In this document: positions 1 through 10,381 of the stretch, piece by piece | Layout of the letters: each line of letters opens with the position of its first letter | How positions within the stretch are numbered: the first letter of the stretch is position 1 | DNA from: Deltaproteobacteria bacterium | GTDB lineage: Bacteria; DRYD01 | Direction: 5' to 3' | DNA: 64,000 bases | NCBI GenBank assembly: GCA_028276365.1 | Contig: JAPYWL010000004.1 | Coordinates: forward strand, 1,793 to 65,792 | The notes under the pieces: generated by a model | What the model saw: only the letters and a program-made list of their open reading frames with translations | Told to the model about the DNA's origin: nothing | Databases searched by the model: none | Translations under genes and position numbers: made by a program

Positions 1-564
1 TTTTTTAATACAAATTCATTAAAAATATATAAATTTGATTTTACTAAGTTTCAAAATAATATTTATTATTCTTTTTTTGAAAAAGATAAAAACAGAGATT
101 ATTATATTAATGTTATTTGGTATTTAGAAGAATTATTAGAATTCATATTAGAGTTATTTTATATTATAAATTCTGAAAGTAATTTGGAGTTATTTAGCAA
201 GAACCAGGAGTTAGTATTAAATAAATTAGAAAGATTAAAATTAGAGTTATCCGATGTTTTTGCTTGGATTTTTAGTATTTTAAATTTAAATAATATCAAG
301 ATAAATCAAGTTTTTATTATCTTGGAAAGTAGTGAATATTTTAATGAAAATAATTTAGATTTTATCTTTAGTAATTTAGTTTATTCTAATTTGTATTTTA
401 TTAAATCAATAAAAAAGCAGGATCTTAAGAATTTAAAAAATGCTGTTTATTTAATTATTTTTTACTTGATAAAAATTAGTTTTATTTTAAAAATTGATTT
501 AAATGAGGTTTTTCAGAGGTATGAAGTTTGCCCAAAATGTAATCAAAAAAAATGTATATGCTAA
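1..564 (+). CDS. Hypothetical protein, 5'-truncated by the window edge. Possibly a MazG-like NTP pyrophosphohydrolase fold with a Cys-rich C-terminus.
   Basis: Frame 1 is open from nt 1 with no stop before the listed TTG at 184, so the ORF runs off the window. The segment ELSDVFAWIFSILNLNNIKINQVF loosely resembles the MazG helix (E-x-x-D ... gene-proximal idl). The C-terminus is CPKCNQKKCIC. Confidence 0.4.
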   Translation, partial: FFNTNSLKIYKFDFTKFQNNIYYSFFEKDKNRDYYINVIWYLEELLEFILELFYIINSESNLELFSKNQELVLNKLERLKLELSDVFAWIFSILNLNNIKINQVFIILESSEYFNENNLDFIFSNLVYSNLYFIKSIKKQDLKNLKNAVYLIIFYLIKISFILKIDLNEVFQRYEVCPKCNQKKCIC

Positions 565-952
565 AAGATTTCTTATTTCATAAAAAACTATTTAGGCTAT
601 ACTGCTTAATAAGAATTATGTTAGTCTTGTAATGTATTGTTTTGAACATAAAGAGAATCTCAAAAAGAGTTAATTTTGTAAATAGTGGAGTTTATCTAAA
701 AGGGAGTCTTTACTTACAAAAATTTGAATTTAGATGGAATTTTAGATATTAACATTAATTTAAATATTATATATAAAAAATTGTTTTTTATAATTTTATT
801 GTAAATTTGATTGTTTTTTTATAAAAGGGTTATAAAATTGTTTAAAGAATATTAATAATACATTTGGAAATACCGCTAAGCAAGGATAGCGGAATAAAAA
901 TTATTCCTTGCTCCCTAAATTAAAAAAATTTAGGGAAAAAAAATAAATAAAA

Positions 953-3331
953 GTGAATAACGTTTTATTTTTAACAACTGAAACTACTATAACTTTACCT
1001 ACTTTAACTTCTAATGAATATTTTTATTTACTTATAATACTTATAGCTGCGTTAATAAGTATCGTTTTTGGATTAGGTACATTTTATAATGTAATGAAAA
1101 AAGATTCAGGAACTCCTGAAATGCAACAAGTAGCATCTGCTATCCAAGAGGGGGCTCAAGCTTATCTTAATAAACAACTTAGTACTATGTCTATTTTTGT
1201 TATTATTTTAGCTATTGCTTTATTTTTCTTATATAATTCAATTTTTAATAACTCATTTTTAGCATTAGGTGTTAGTTTTGCTTTTCTGTTAGGTGTAGGT
1301 TTTTCTTATATTGCTGGATTTTTAGGGATGTATTTAGCAGTAAGGGCTAATCAAAGAACAGCTTATGCTGCTATTAATAGTTATGTACAGGCAATGAAGA
1401 TAGCTTTTAGGGCTGGTAGTGTTGCTGGAATGGCTACTGTTGGATTGGCTCTTTTAGGTGCTGTTTTACTATTTTTTATATATAAAGAAGAGGCAGTTAA
1501 AGTTTTTATTGGTTTTGGTTTTGGGGGATCATTAGGTGCTTTATTTATGCGGGTTGGTGGAGGTATTTATACTAAAGCTGCTGATGTTGGAGCTGATATA
1601 GTCGGTAAAGTAGAAGCTGGGATTCCTGAAGATGACCCAAGAAATCCTGCAGTTATTGCTGATAATGTTGGTGATAATGTAGGAGATTGTGCAGGTATGG
1701 TAGCTGACGTTTTTGAGAGCTATGCAGTTACTTTAGTCGCTTCCATTGTATTAGGTGTTGTTGTATTTATAGATCAAAATTTTAAAAATATTTTATTACA
1801 AAATAATCAAAATGTAGATAAATGGATACTTTTATTAGTATTTTATCCGTTATTGGTAAGGGCTTTAGGTGCTATTACTGCTATTATTGGAGTTTTAGCT
1901 CTTAATCCTAAGGAAGATGATACTAATCCGATGAGACCTATAAATTTTGGGTTCTGGGTTTCTTTAATTGCTACATTAATTGGAGCTTTCTTTATTAATT
2001 TCTTAATCCCTACTTTGCCTACTACTCCTGAGTGGGCTAACTGGTTTGGACATGATTTTAGATTCTTCTTAGCTATTTCCTTAGGAGTTGTTTTAGCTGC
2101 TATTACTTTATATATAACTGATTATTATACTCATATTGATAAATTACCTGTAACTGAAACTTCTTATTCTTCTAAAACAGGTACTGCTACTTTAATATTA
2201 AGTGGTATGGCACATGGTTATCAAAGTAGTGCTTGGGCTATATTAGCTATTATATTCGTTATTGCTTTATCTTATCTACTTTTCTTACCTGATAATAATT
2301 TATATTTACAAATGTATGCTATTTCTTTAGCAGGAGTAGGATTACTTACTACTACTGGTTATATATTAGCAATGGATACATATGGTCCTATTAGTGATAA
2401 TGCTAATGGAGTATTTGAAATGTCTGGAATTGCTAATAAACTTGATACTAAAAGACCTCAAGAAATAATAGCTAAATTAGATGCAGTCGGGAATACTACT
2501 AAGGCATTAACAAAAGGTTTAGCAATAGCTACTGCAGTATTTGCTGCTGTTTCTCTATTTGTATCTTATGTTAGTTCAGCTAACTTAACTGCTGGTATAA
2601 GGATTGATCAGCCATTAGTATTTTTAGGATTACTTTTTGGTGGTGCTATACCATTTTTCTTTGCTAGTTTTACTATAAATGCTGTTGGTAGAAGTGCTTT
2701 TAAGATAGTTGAAGAAGTTAGAAGACAATTTAGAGAAATTTCTGGATTAAAAGAAGGACAGGCTAAACCTGAATATGGGAAATGTGTTAGTATAGCTACT
2801 GCTGCTGCTCAAAAAGAACTAATTGGTCCTGGAATTTTAGGAGTATTTTCTCCTATTTTAGTAGGTTTCTTATTCAATGCAGAAGCTTTAGGTGCATTTT
2901 TAGGTGGAGTTATATTAGTAGGCCAGTTATTAGCTGTTTATATGGCTAATGCTGGAGGATTATGGGATAATGCTAAAAAGAAAATAGAAGAAGGATTCTT
3001 AGGGGGTAAAGGTACTGAATATCATAAGGCTGCAGTAGTTGGAGATACTGTTGGAGATCCTTTAAAGGATACTACTGGACCCGCTATTAACCCATTAATT
3101 AAAGTAATAAACTTAGTAGCTCTATTAATTGCTCCTTTAATAGCTGTTGGTAATGAAGTATCTTTAGAATTTAAAATTTCTGCTATTTTAGTAAGTTTGG
3201 TATTATTAATTATTGCAGTATATGTATCTAATAAAGGATCATTACTTGATAGTGAGGAAGCTAAAAATGAACTACAAAAATTAGCTTCTAAGCATTCCCA
3301 ATCTAAATTAACCGATGAAGCTAAGGTGTAA
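953..3331 (+). CDS. hppA: Membrane-bound proton-translocating pyrophosphatase (H+-PPase), K+-independent type
   Basis: 792 aa and polytopic. Signature motifs GDNVGDCAGMVADVFESY, DNAKKKIEEG and GDTVGDPLKDT are present. The motif GNTTKALTKG carries Lys and Thr at the positions that distinguish K+-independent enzymes (A->K, G/A->T). GTG start. Confidence 0.95.
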   Translation: MNNVLFLTTETTITLPTLTSNEYFYLLIILIAALISIVFGLGTFYNVMKKDSGTPEMQQVASAIQEGAQAYLNKQLSTMSIFVIILAIALFFLYNSIFNNSFLALGVSFAFLLGVGFSYIAGFLGMYLAVRANQRTAYAAINSYVQAMKIAFRAGSVAGMATVGLALLGAVLLFFIYKEEAVKVFIGFGFGGSLGALFMRVGGGIYTKAADVGADIVGKVEAGIPEDDPRNPAVIADNVGDNVGDCAGMVADVFESYAVTLVASIVLGVVVFIDQNFKNILLQNNQNVDKWILLLVFYPLLVRALGAITAIIGVLALNPKEDDTNPMRPINFGFWVSLIATLIGAFFINFLIPTLPTTPEWANWFGHDFRFFLAISLGVVLAAITLYITDYYTHIDKLPVTETSYSSKTGTATLILSGMAHGYQSSAWAILAIIFVIALSYLLFLPDNNLYLQMYAISLAGVGLLTTTGYILAMDTYGPISDNANGVFEMSGIANKLDTKRPQEIIAKLDAVGNTTKALTKGLAIATAVFAAVSLFVSYVSSANLTAGIRIDQPLVFLGLLFGGAIPFFFASFTINAVGRSAFKIVEEVRRQFREISGLKEGQAKPEYGKCVSIATAAAQKELIGPGILGVFSPILVGFLFNAEALGAFLGGVILVGQLLAVYMANAGGLWDNAKKKIEEGFLGGKGTEYHKAAVVGDTVGDPLKDTTGPAINPLIKVINLVALLIAPLIAVGNEVSLEFKISAILVSLVLLIIAVYVSNKGSLLDSEEAKNELQKLASKHSQSKLTDEAKV

Positions 3332-3388
3332 ATTAAAGAATAAAGCGTAAATTATTAATATTAATTTAAAAAGAAGCATTATTATTTA

Positions 3389-4108
3389 ATGAGTAATAAT
3401 ATTTTAAATAAAAACAGTATTTTAAATAAAGAAGATATAGAATTTATTTATAACAACTATTCAGAGTATGTTTTAAAGGTAATTAGAGAATTGGGAGATA
3501 ATTATTTTCCTAATACCTCAGGAAATGTTAGCACTTTAATAGAATATAAAGGTAATAAGTATATACTATCTACTCCAAGTTCTATAAATTCTTTAAAACC
3601 TAAGGATAAATTAAAACCATTTGAATTAAGTCTAATTGATCTAAATAATAATTTAATTTACGGATTAAAACAAACATCTGAAATAAATTTGCATTTAGAA
3701 ATATATAAAAACTTGGATAATGTAAATTATGTAATTCATACACATCCTTTTTATTGTACTGTTTTTGCTGTTTTGAATAAGAAAATAGAAACAAAGATAA
3801 TGGCTGAATCTTATTTAAAGGTTCCCAAGATTTTATATGTGCCTTATGAAACTCCTTCTACTTTAAATTTGGCTACTAAAGTTATTCAAAAAATAAAAAA
3901 AGAAGGGTATTTCCCTGTTATTTTATTTAATCATGGATTAGTTGTTTTTGGTAATGACTTAGATAAATTAATTGATATTACAAAAACTATTGAACACACT
4001 GCTAAAACTTATTTCTACTCTTTAATAATATCTATTCCTAAAAAAATAAAATATCATAAAATAAAAGAACTAGAAAAATTGTTTTTTAATTATGATGAAA
4101 GAAATTAA
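3389..4108 (+). CDS. Class II aldolase/adducin family protein (fuculose-phosphate aldolase / MtnB-like)
   Basis: Zn-ligand pattern HTHP (VIHTHPFYCTVFA) plus a downstream NHGLVVFG. Size is about 240 aa. Confidence 0.7.
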   Translation: MSNNILNKNSILNKEDIEFIYNNYSEYVLKVIRELGDNYFPNTSGNVSTLIEYKGNKYILSTPSSINSLKPKDKLKPFELSLIDLNNNLIYGLKQTSEINLHLEIYKNLDNVNYVIHTHPFYCTVFAVLNKKIETKIMAESYLKVPKILYVPYETPSTLNLATKVIQKIKKEGYFPVILFNHGLVVFGNDLDKLIDITKTIEHTAKTYFYSLIISIPKKIKYHKIKELEKLFFNYDERN

Positions 4109-4895
4109 AAAATTAGAAGAGTTAATTAATTATTTATGGGAAGAAAAAGAAAATAATAAAGATATTTTATTTAAGCATAAAAAAGAAATAAAAAGAGTGG
4201 TAGATTTGCTTGATAAAGGGAAAATAAGGGTTGTAGAAAATGTTGATAATCAATGGATAGTTAATGAATATGTAAAGAAAGCAATATTGTTATATTTTAT
4301 GGTATTTAAAATTAGGAATATAGATTTTAGGGGTATAAAATATAGGGATAAGATTCCATTAAAAAGGACTTATAAAGACGTAAGAGTAGTACCAGGGGCT
4401 ATTGTAAGATATGGTAGCTATTTAGAACCAAATGTAGTAGTTATGCCTAGTTTTATTAATATAGGAGCTTATGTAGGTGCTAATACTATGGTTGATACTT
4501 GGGTAACTGTGGGTTCTTGTGCTTACGTAGGAAGAAATGTTCATTTAGCAGGAGGAGTAGGGATAGGTGGCGTATTGGAACCTCCTTCTGCTTTACCTGT
4601 TATTATTGAAGATAATTGCTTTATAGGATCAAGATCTATAATAGTAGAAGGAGCGGTTATTAAAAGAGGTGCTGTTTTAGCAGCTAATGTGGTTATTACC
4701 TCTTCTACTAAAATTATTGATATAAATACTGGAGAAATTTATTATTCTTATGTTCCTGAGGATAGTGTTGTTATTCCTGGAACATATTATAAAGAAATAA
4801 ATTCTAGTAAATATGGCATAAATTGTGCCTTGATAATTGGTAAGAGAAAAGAATCCACTAACCTAAAAACTATGCTTAATCAATTTCTTAGATAA
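4092..4895 (+). CDS. dapD: 2,3,4,5-tetrahydropyridine-2,6-dicarboxylate N-succinyltransferase
   Basis: Left-handed beta-helix hexapeptide repeats: PSFINIGAYVGANTMVDTWVTVGSCAYVGRNVHLAGGVGIGGVLEP...IIEDNCFIGSRS. The DapD-type N-terminal helical domain is present. The gene overlaps the upstream gene by 17 nt. Confidence 0.85.
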   Translation: MMKEIKKLEELINYLWEEKENNKDILFKHKKEIKRVVDLLDKGKIRVVENVDNQWIVNEYVKKAILLYFMVFKIRNIDFRGIKYRDKIPLKRTYKDVRVVPGAIVRYGSYLEPNVVVMPSFINIGAYVGANTMVDTWVTVGSCAYVGRNVHLAGGVGIGGVLEPPSALPVIIEDNCFIGSRSIIVEGAVIKRGAVLAANVVITSSTKIIDINTGEIYYSYVPEDSVVIPGTYYKEINSSKYGINCALIIGKRKESTNLKTMLNQFLR

Positions 4896-5005
4896 ATATT
4901 TTATAGTTAATTTTCTTTTTTACTTGTATTTTTGGGAAATTGTATTAATAAGTTAGCTAACTTAGAGAATTGGAATAATTTGAATAATTAGAATATCCTA
5001 AATTT

Positions 5006-6139
5006 ATGGAATACATTTTAATAGGTTTATTTTTTATACTTTTGTTTATTTTTTCTTACTACTTTAGAGTATCTTATGTATTTTTTTCTATATTTTTGGC
5101 TATTATTCTTGGTATTGCTTTTATTTATCTATTTAAAGAGAATTCTAATATTGTTTTTTTTAATAACATAAAAAGTAATTTATCGTTTTTTTATGATAAT
5201 GCCTTTATTTTTCTTTTCTTTTATTTAGGTTTAGGATATAGTTTTAATAAGATTTATAAGATTTTAATGAAATCTTTAATTCCTTCTTTATTGGATTTAG
5301 TTAATTTGGTTGTTTCATTTGTATTATTTTTTTTAATTTTAAAGGATTTTTTTATCAGTTTGGTTTTAAGTTTAGTTATTTATCCTTCTAGTACAGCTAT
5401 TATTGTAAAGAAATTAGAAAATTATAAATTATTATACAGTAAGCAAGCTGATTTTTTATTAGGGGTTTTATTGTTTGAGGATTTTGTTCTTATAGTAATA
5501 CTTAGTTTTATAAGTATTAAAAATTTTAATCTGTATTTATTTTTAGTTGGCGCTATTTTATTTTTAATTATTATTATCTTTTTGCTAAATATATTTGAAA
5601 AGTATAAAAAAAATATAGAATTAATACTAAATAGTGATTTGGGGATATTTTTGGTTATTGGTATAGTTTTATTTTTTACTTGGTTATTTTACAAGGTTTT
5701 CTATTTACCTTATTTTATTTCTTCTTTTGTTTTAGGAATATCAATTAATCAATATTTAGCAGATAAAGTAAGGAGCAAGATAGATGGATTTAAGGATTTA
5801 GCTTTGTTTTCTTTTATGTTTTTATTCTTTTTAGATTCTATTATGAAAGAGAAAACTTTGATTTTTTATGATTATCATATTTTGTTTATTTTAATTTTTT
5901 TATTATTTTTAAAGTTATTAACTACTTATATTGGGGCAAAGAATTTTGGAATAAGTTCAAAAAATTTGAATTTTGTATCTATCTTATCTTTAATAAGAGG
6001 AGAATTTAGTATTATTGCTATTTCTTTTATCCCTAAATATTTTACACTAGCTTTAATTGTTGTTATTTTAACTAACTTATTAGCTACTTTTAGTTTAAAT
6101 TTATTTATTTTTAGAGATAGAAAAATTGTTAAAAAATGA
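5006..6139 (+). CDS. Polytopic membrane protein, cation:proton antiporter (CPA/Kef-like) family
   Basis: 377 aa with about 10-12 hydrophobic helices. Na+/H+ exchanger-like layout (STAIIVKKL, LFEDFVLIV). No soluble domain. Confidence 0.5.
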   Translation: MEYILIGLFFILLFIFSYYFRVSYVFFSIFLAIILGIAFIYLFKENSNIVFFNNIKSNLSFFYDNAFIFLFFYLGLGYSFNKIYKILMKSLIPSLLDLVNLVVSFVLFFLILKDFFISLVLSLVIYPSSTAIIVKKLENYKLLYSKQADFLLGVLLFEDFVLIVILSFISIKNFNLYLFLVGAILFLIIIIFLLNIFEKYKKNIELILNSDLGIFLVIGIVLFFTWLFYKVFYLPYFISSFVLGISINQYLADKVRSKIDGFKDLALFSFMFLFFLDSIMKEKTLIFYDYHILFILIFLLFLKLLTTYIGAKNFGISSKNLNFVSILSLIRGEFSIIAISFIPKYFTLALIVVILTNLLATFSLNLFIFRDRKIVKK

Positions 6140-6162
6140 TAAATTATTAAAGTTTGTAAATT

Positions 6163-7173
6163 TTAAGCTATGTATCTCATTTCTGACTTATATTGTTGAT
6201 AATAAACCATAATTCTTCTTACATAATTTTGAGTTTCAGCAAATGGAGGAATTCCACCATATTTTTTAACATTACCGGGACCTGCATTATATGCAGCTAA
6301 TGCTAATTCTACTCTACCTCCAAACATATCTAACATTTGTCTTAAATATTTGGCTCCACCCATTACGTTTTGTACAGGATCAAAAGGATTTGATACTCCT
6401 AAAGATCTTGCAGTTTCTGGCATTAATTGCATTAATCCCATTGCTCCTACATGGGATCTAGCATTGGGATTAAAACCACTTTCTTGTTTTATTACTGCTT
6501 TTAATAAAGCTGGATCTAAATTGTATCTTTGAGCTGCTTGTAAAATTATTCTATCTAATTGATTTTGAGGAATGAAATTTCTAAAACCTATATTACCTGA
6601 ATTAGGGGTAAGAGGGAATTCACCCATACCAGGGAATCCACCTATACCAGGAAATCCACTCATACCAGGAAATCCACCCATACCAGGGAATCCACCTATA
6701 CCAGGAAATCCACTCATACCAGGAAATCCACTCATACCAGGAAATCCACCCATACCAGGAAATCCACCCATACCAGGGAATCCATTCATACCAGAAAATC
6801 CGCTCATGTTGTTATTATTAACAAGTGTTAGTAATAATAATAGTAAGCTTAATAGTAGCATTGGATTTATAGGGTTTTGAATCATATTATTATTAAATGG
6901 AGCATTATTATTAAATGGAAAACTAAAGGGACTATTTAATGGATTTGAAAAGTTATTCATTAAAGGAATAGCTGTTCCTAATAAAGCACCTATTAATCCT
7001 CCTGTTAATCCTCCTATTAATCCACTAATAAATGGGTTATTTAATGAGTTATTTGAAATATTATAATTATCAAAAAGATAATTAAATGTTATATTTGATG
7101 TAGTTATAGAACTAAAGGAGAAAGTTGAAAATCCAGAGGTTATAGAAAAATTTGAATAATTAAAATTAATCAT
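6163..7173 (-). CDS. Lytic transglycosylase (SLT domain) with an N-terminal Asn/Ser-rich region and a (GFPGMG)n repeat linker
   Basis: C-terminal SLT motifs are [30 protein letters not shown] and [10 protein letters not shown]. The central region is [30 protein letters not shown]... Confidence 0.85.
   Translation of the reverse strand: MINFNYSNFSITSGFSTFSFSSITTSNITFNYLFDNYNISNNSLNNPFISGLIGGLTGGLIGALLGTAIPLMNNFSNPLNSPFSFPFNNNAPFNNNMIQNPINPMLLLSLLLLLLTLVNNNNMSGFSGMNGFPGMGGFPGMGGFPGMSGFPGMSGFPGIGGFPGMGGFPGMSGFPGIGGFPGMGEFPLTPNSGNIGFRNFIPQNQLDRIILQAAQRYNLDPALLKAVIKQESGFNPNARSHVGAMGLMQLMPETARSLGVSNPFDPVQNVMGGAKYLRQMLDMFGGRVELALAAYNAGPGNVKKYGGIPPFAETQNYVRRIMVYYQQYKSEMRYIA
6611..6807. repeat. About 11 tandem copies of an 18-nt unit (ccaggRaatccacYYata on the + strand), encoding GFPG(M/I)(G/S) in the minus-strand SLT gene
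   Basis: The 18-nt periodicity can be read directly from the sequence. It also creates the spurious + strand ORF 6572..6880 ([12 protein letters not shown]...). Confidence 0.9.
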
Positions 7174-7406
7174 TTTTTTTACACCTCCTTCTTTATTAGG
7201 ATTTTAATCCTTATTATATTTATAAAAATTTTTTTTAGCTATTTTTAATAAGATTGTTAAAAAAGTTAAAAAAAATAGAAAAATGTTAAAAAATATTATT
7301 TTTATTATATTATGTAATAATTTTTTTTTATATCTTTGTAAAGGTAATTATTTGAGGATTGTTTAAATATATATAAGGGTAAATATAAATAGGGGAGATT
7401 TTTAAT

Positions 7407-8501
7407 ATGGATTATTATCTAAAAAATTATACTTATAGTCAATTAAAAGATTTGTTAAAGAATATATTAGCTAAAGATAAGAGTAATCTAAAGGAAGATT
7501 TTTTTAATTATAGAGTTGATCAGATTTTTAATTGGATTTATAAGAAATATGAGGATAAAATAGATAATTTTTCTGATTTATCCAAAAATTTTAGAGAATT
7601 CTTAAAAAATAATTTTGAAATAAATTCACTAAAGATATATGATACAAAATTATCTAAATACAATGATTCAATTAAGTTTTTATTTAAGACATCTGATAAT
7701 GAGTATATAGAAAGTGTTTTAATGAAACATCCCCAAAGATACACTGTTTGTTTATCTACTCAGGTAGGTTGTAATGTTAGGTGTATATTTTGTGCTTCAG
7801 GTATTAATGGGCTTAAAAGAAATTTGAATTTAGCTGAAATAATTGATCAGTTATTTTTAATTCAGAAGTATATATATATGAGAGAAAAAATGAGAATTAC
7901 GAATATAGTTTATATGGGTATGGGAGAACCTTTATTTAATTATGAAAACCTTATTAAATCTTTGGATATTTTTACCCATGATAAAGCTTTTAATATAAGT
8001 AATAGAAATATAACTGTTTCTACTTCGGGAGTAGTTGATAAGATTTATGAATTAGCAGAAGAAAAATTTAGAGTAAAACTTGCTATTTCATTACACTCTC
8101 CCTTTGAAAATAAAAGACAAAAATTAATCCCCTTAGCTAAAAAATATAAAATACCTCAAATATTAAAAGCTGCTGAATATTATTTTTTGAAAACTAAGCG
8201 AAGGATAACTATTGAATATATTTTACTTAAAAACATAACAGACACCTTAGAAGATGCTAAAGAATTGGTAAATATTCTAAAAAATTATAATTTTAAAGTA
8301 TTTATTAATTTGATTCCTTATAATTCAATAGGTAATATTTATTTAGATAATGTTTTATTAGAACAATCAGATAATGAATCTATAATTCAATTTTATAATT
8401 ATATAAAGAAATATTTTGAGGTAAATGTTAGATGGAGCTTAGGAAGAGATATTAACGCTGCTTGTGGGCAACTTAGAAGACAGTTAATCAATTCAATCTA
8501 A
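7407..8501 (+). CDS. rlmN: 23S rRNA/tRNA (adenine-C2)-methyltransferase, radical SAM
   Basis: CxxxCxxC radical-SAM motif within STQVGCNVRCIFCASG. Also GMGEPLFNY and the C-terminal catalytic Cys in INAACGQL. Confidence 0.9.
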   Translation: MDYYLKNYTYSQLKDLLKNILAKDKSNLKEDFFNYRVDQIFNWIYKKYEDKIDNFSDLSKNFREFLKNNFEINSLKIYDTKLSKYNDSIKFLFKTSDNEYIESVLMKHPQRYTVCLSTQVGCNVRCIFCASGINGLKRNLNLAEIIDQLFLIQKYIYMREKMRITNIVYMGMGEPLFNYENLIKSLDIFTHDKAFNISNRNITVSTSGVVDKIYELAEEKFRVKLAISLHSPFENKRQKLIPLAKKYKIPQILKAAEYYFLKTKRRITIEYILLKNITDTLEDAKELVNILKNYNFKVFINLIPYNSIGNIYLDNVLLEQSDNESIIQFYNYIKKYFEVNVRWSLGRDINAACGQLRRQLINSI

Positions 8502-8516
8502 TTTTTATATTTTTTA

Positions 8517-10238
8517 ATGAGGTACCTCTTTATTATATTTATTTTAGGGTATCTTTGGGTATTTTATAATTTATTAAAAATACATTTTCTAAAACACGAT
8601 TTATTTAAACAAAAATTATACCAATTTACCACTATAACTATCTATACTTCACCTAATAGATCTTTAATTTTAGATAGAAATTTAAAGGAAATAGTTCAAA
8701 ATAAATCAGAATTTTATATAACTTTACAAAAATCTAAACTACAATTGCTAAACAGAAATACTAGAATGAATATCATAGATAATCTAAGTAAATACTTTAA
8801 TAAAGATATTCAGCAAGAAATTGCTAAATCATATTTGGATAAAGTTATTTTAAAAAAAAATCCAAATATTAATGATATTTCATTTATAACTGAGAATTTA
8901 TATTATTTATATGGTGTTAATGTTGAGATTTTTTATAATAGATATTATCCTTATAAATCTGCTGCTGCTTTTATAACGGGATTTGTTAATATGCCTTCTT
9001 ATGAAGAAATTAAAAATAATCCAGAGTTAATTTACTATGATTATACTGGAAAGGATGGCTTAGAAAAGCAGTATGATAATTTATTAAGAGGAAAATTAGG
9101 GGTTATTAAATATCAAATAAAGCCTGATGGCACTCCTTATAAAGTTTTGGATAAATCAGAACCTGTTAATAATTTTTACCTTAAAACCACTATTGATATT
9201 GATATTCAATTATATATTTATAATGAATTAAAAAAATTATGTGATAATTTAAGTATAAAAAATAATCAGCCAGTAGGAGGTTCTGTTGTTTTAATGAAAA
9301 CTAATGGTGAGATTTTATCTTTAGTTAGTTATCCATCTTATGATCCAAATACTTTAAAGCCTGATTATAATTATATACTAAAGAAATACCCAGGTTTTTC
9401 TTATTTTTTAAATAGAGCTATTTCAGGGGAATATCCTCCAGCTTCTACTTTTAAAATTATAACTTCTTTAGCTGCTTTAAGTGAAAATATTATTAACGAT
9501 AAAACAAAGATATATTGCCCAGGGGTTTTTTATGTAGGTAGTCATCCTTTTTATTGTTTTAATCAATCAGGACATGGGTATTTAGATATTTATTCTGCTT
9601 TAGCATATTCCTGTGATGTTTTCTATTATAAACTTGGTTATTTACTAGGAATTGATAAATTATCAAAATATTGTTTCATGTTGGGATTAAATAATTTAAC
9701 AGGTATTGATTTACCTTATGAAGCAAAAGGTTTTATACCTACTAAAGAGTTTAAAATGAAATATTTAAAAGAAGAATGGACTAAAGGGGATGATGTTAAT
9801 AGTTCTATTGGTCAAGGAATGGTTTTGGTTACCCCTATTCAGATGGCTGTTGTTGTTAATTCTATTGCTACAGGGTATAAAGTAACCCCTTTTATTAATT
9901 TGGATTATAAACCTAAAGTTATAAAACTTAATATAAATGAAAAAAAATTAAAAATAATAAGACAATCAATGAGGAATGCAATTGATTTTGGTACTGCTAG
10001 TATTGTTAAATATAAAGTGAAAAAATATGTAGTAGCTGGTAAAACTGGCACTGCTGAAGTACCTACTAATTCTAATAACCCTAAAGGATTAAATAATACA
10101 TGGTTTGTTTCCTATTTTGATTATAATAAACCTGAGTATGTTTTAGTTGTTTCCTTAGAAGGTAGTGGAGGATATGGAGGAGAATATGCTGCTAACTTAG
10201 CAGCTGATATTATTAACTTTTTAGCTACTAAAAAGTAA
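8517..10238 (+). CDS. mrdA: Penicillin-binding protein 2 (class B transpeptidase)
   Basis: N-terminal TM helix. SxxK motif (PPASTFKI), S-x-D/N motif (YSCDVF) and KTG motif (GKTGTAE). Confidence 0.9.
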   Translation: MRYLFIIFILGYLWVFYNLLKIHFLKHDLFKQKLYQFTTITIYTSPNRSLILDRNLKEIVQNKSEFYITLQKSKLQLLNRNTRMNIIDNLSKYFNKDIQQEIAKSYLDKVILKKNPNINDISFITENLYYLYGVNVEIFYNRYYPYKSAAAFITGFVNMPSYEEIKNNPELIYYDYTGKDGLEKQYDNLLRGKLGVIKYQIKPDGTPYKVLDKSEPVNNFYLKTTIDIDIQLYIYNELKKLCDNLSIKNNQPVGGSVVLMKTNGEILSLVSYPSYDPNTLKPDYNYILKKYPGFSYFLNRAISGEYPPASTFKIITSLAALSENIINDKTKIYCPGVFYVGSHPFYCFNQSGHGYLDIYSALAYSCDVFYYKLGYLLGIDKLSKYCFMLGLNNLTGIDLPYEAKGFIPTKEFKMKYLKEEWTKGDDVNSSIGQGMVLVTPIQMAVVVNSIATGYKVTPFINLDYKPKVIKLNINEKKLKIIRQSMRNAIDFGTASIVKYKVKKYVVAGKTGTAEVPTNSNNPKGLNNTWFVSYFDYNKPEYVLVVSLEGSGGYGGEYAANLAADIINFLATKK

Positions 10239-10381
10239 GTTTTTTTAAATATTATATTTAGCTTTTATTCTTTTATATTGCTTCTTTTAATTTTGAAAAG
10301 GATTTTAGATTTATAAATAGAATATAAAAGTGTCCATTAAATAATATAATATATATAGTAAAAAATTAGGGGGTGAAAAAA

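Noticed and set aside
3600-3794. Short antisense ORFs from the six-frame track: 3600..3794, 7538..7744, 10743..10934, 28237..28419, 28475..28663, 48374..48583, 60640..60858, 62757..62966 and 63471..63659.
   Set aside because: Each is fully embedded, on the opposite strand, in a longer ORF with clear family motifs. They have low-complexity or hydrophobic composition, as expected for AT-rich antisense frames, and no SD sequences.
6350-6880. Two + strand ORFs (6350..6532 and 6572..6880). The second encodes a striking [12 protein letters not shown] repeat.
   Set aside because: They lie antisense to and entirely inside the well-supported SLT gene. The repeat peptide is only the reverse-frame reading of the GFPGMG DNA repeat. 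Neither has an SD.
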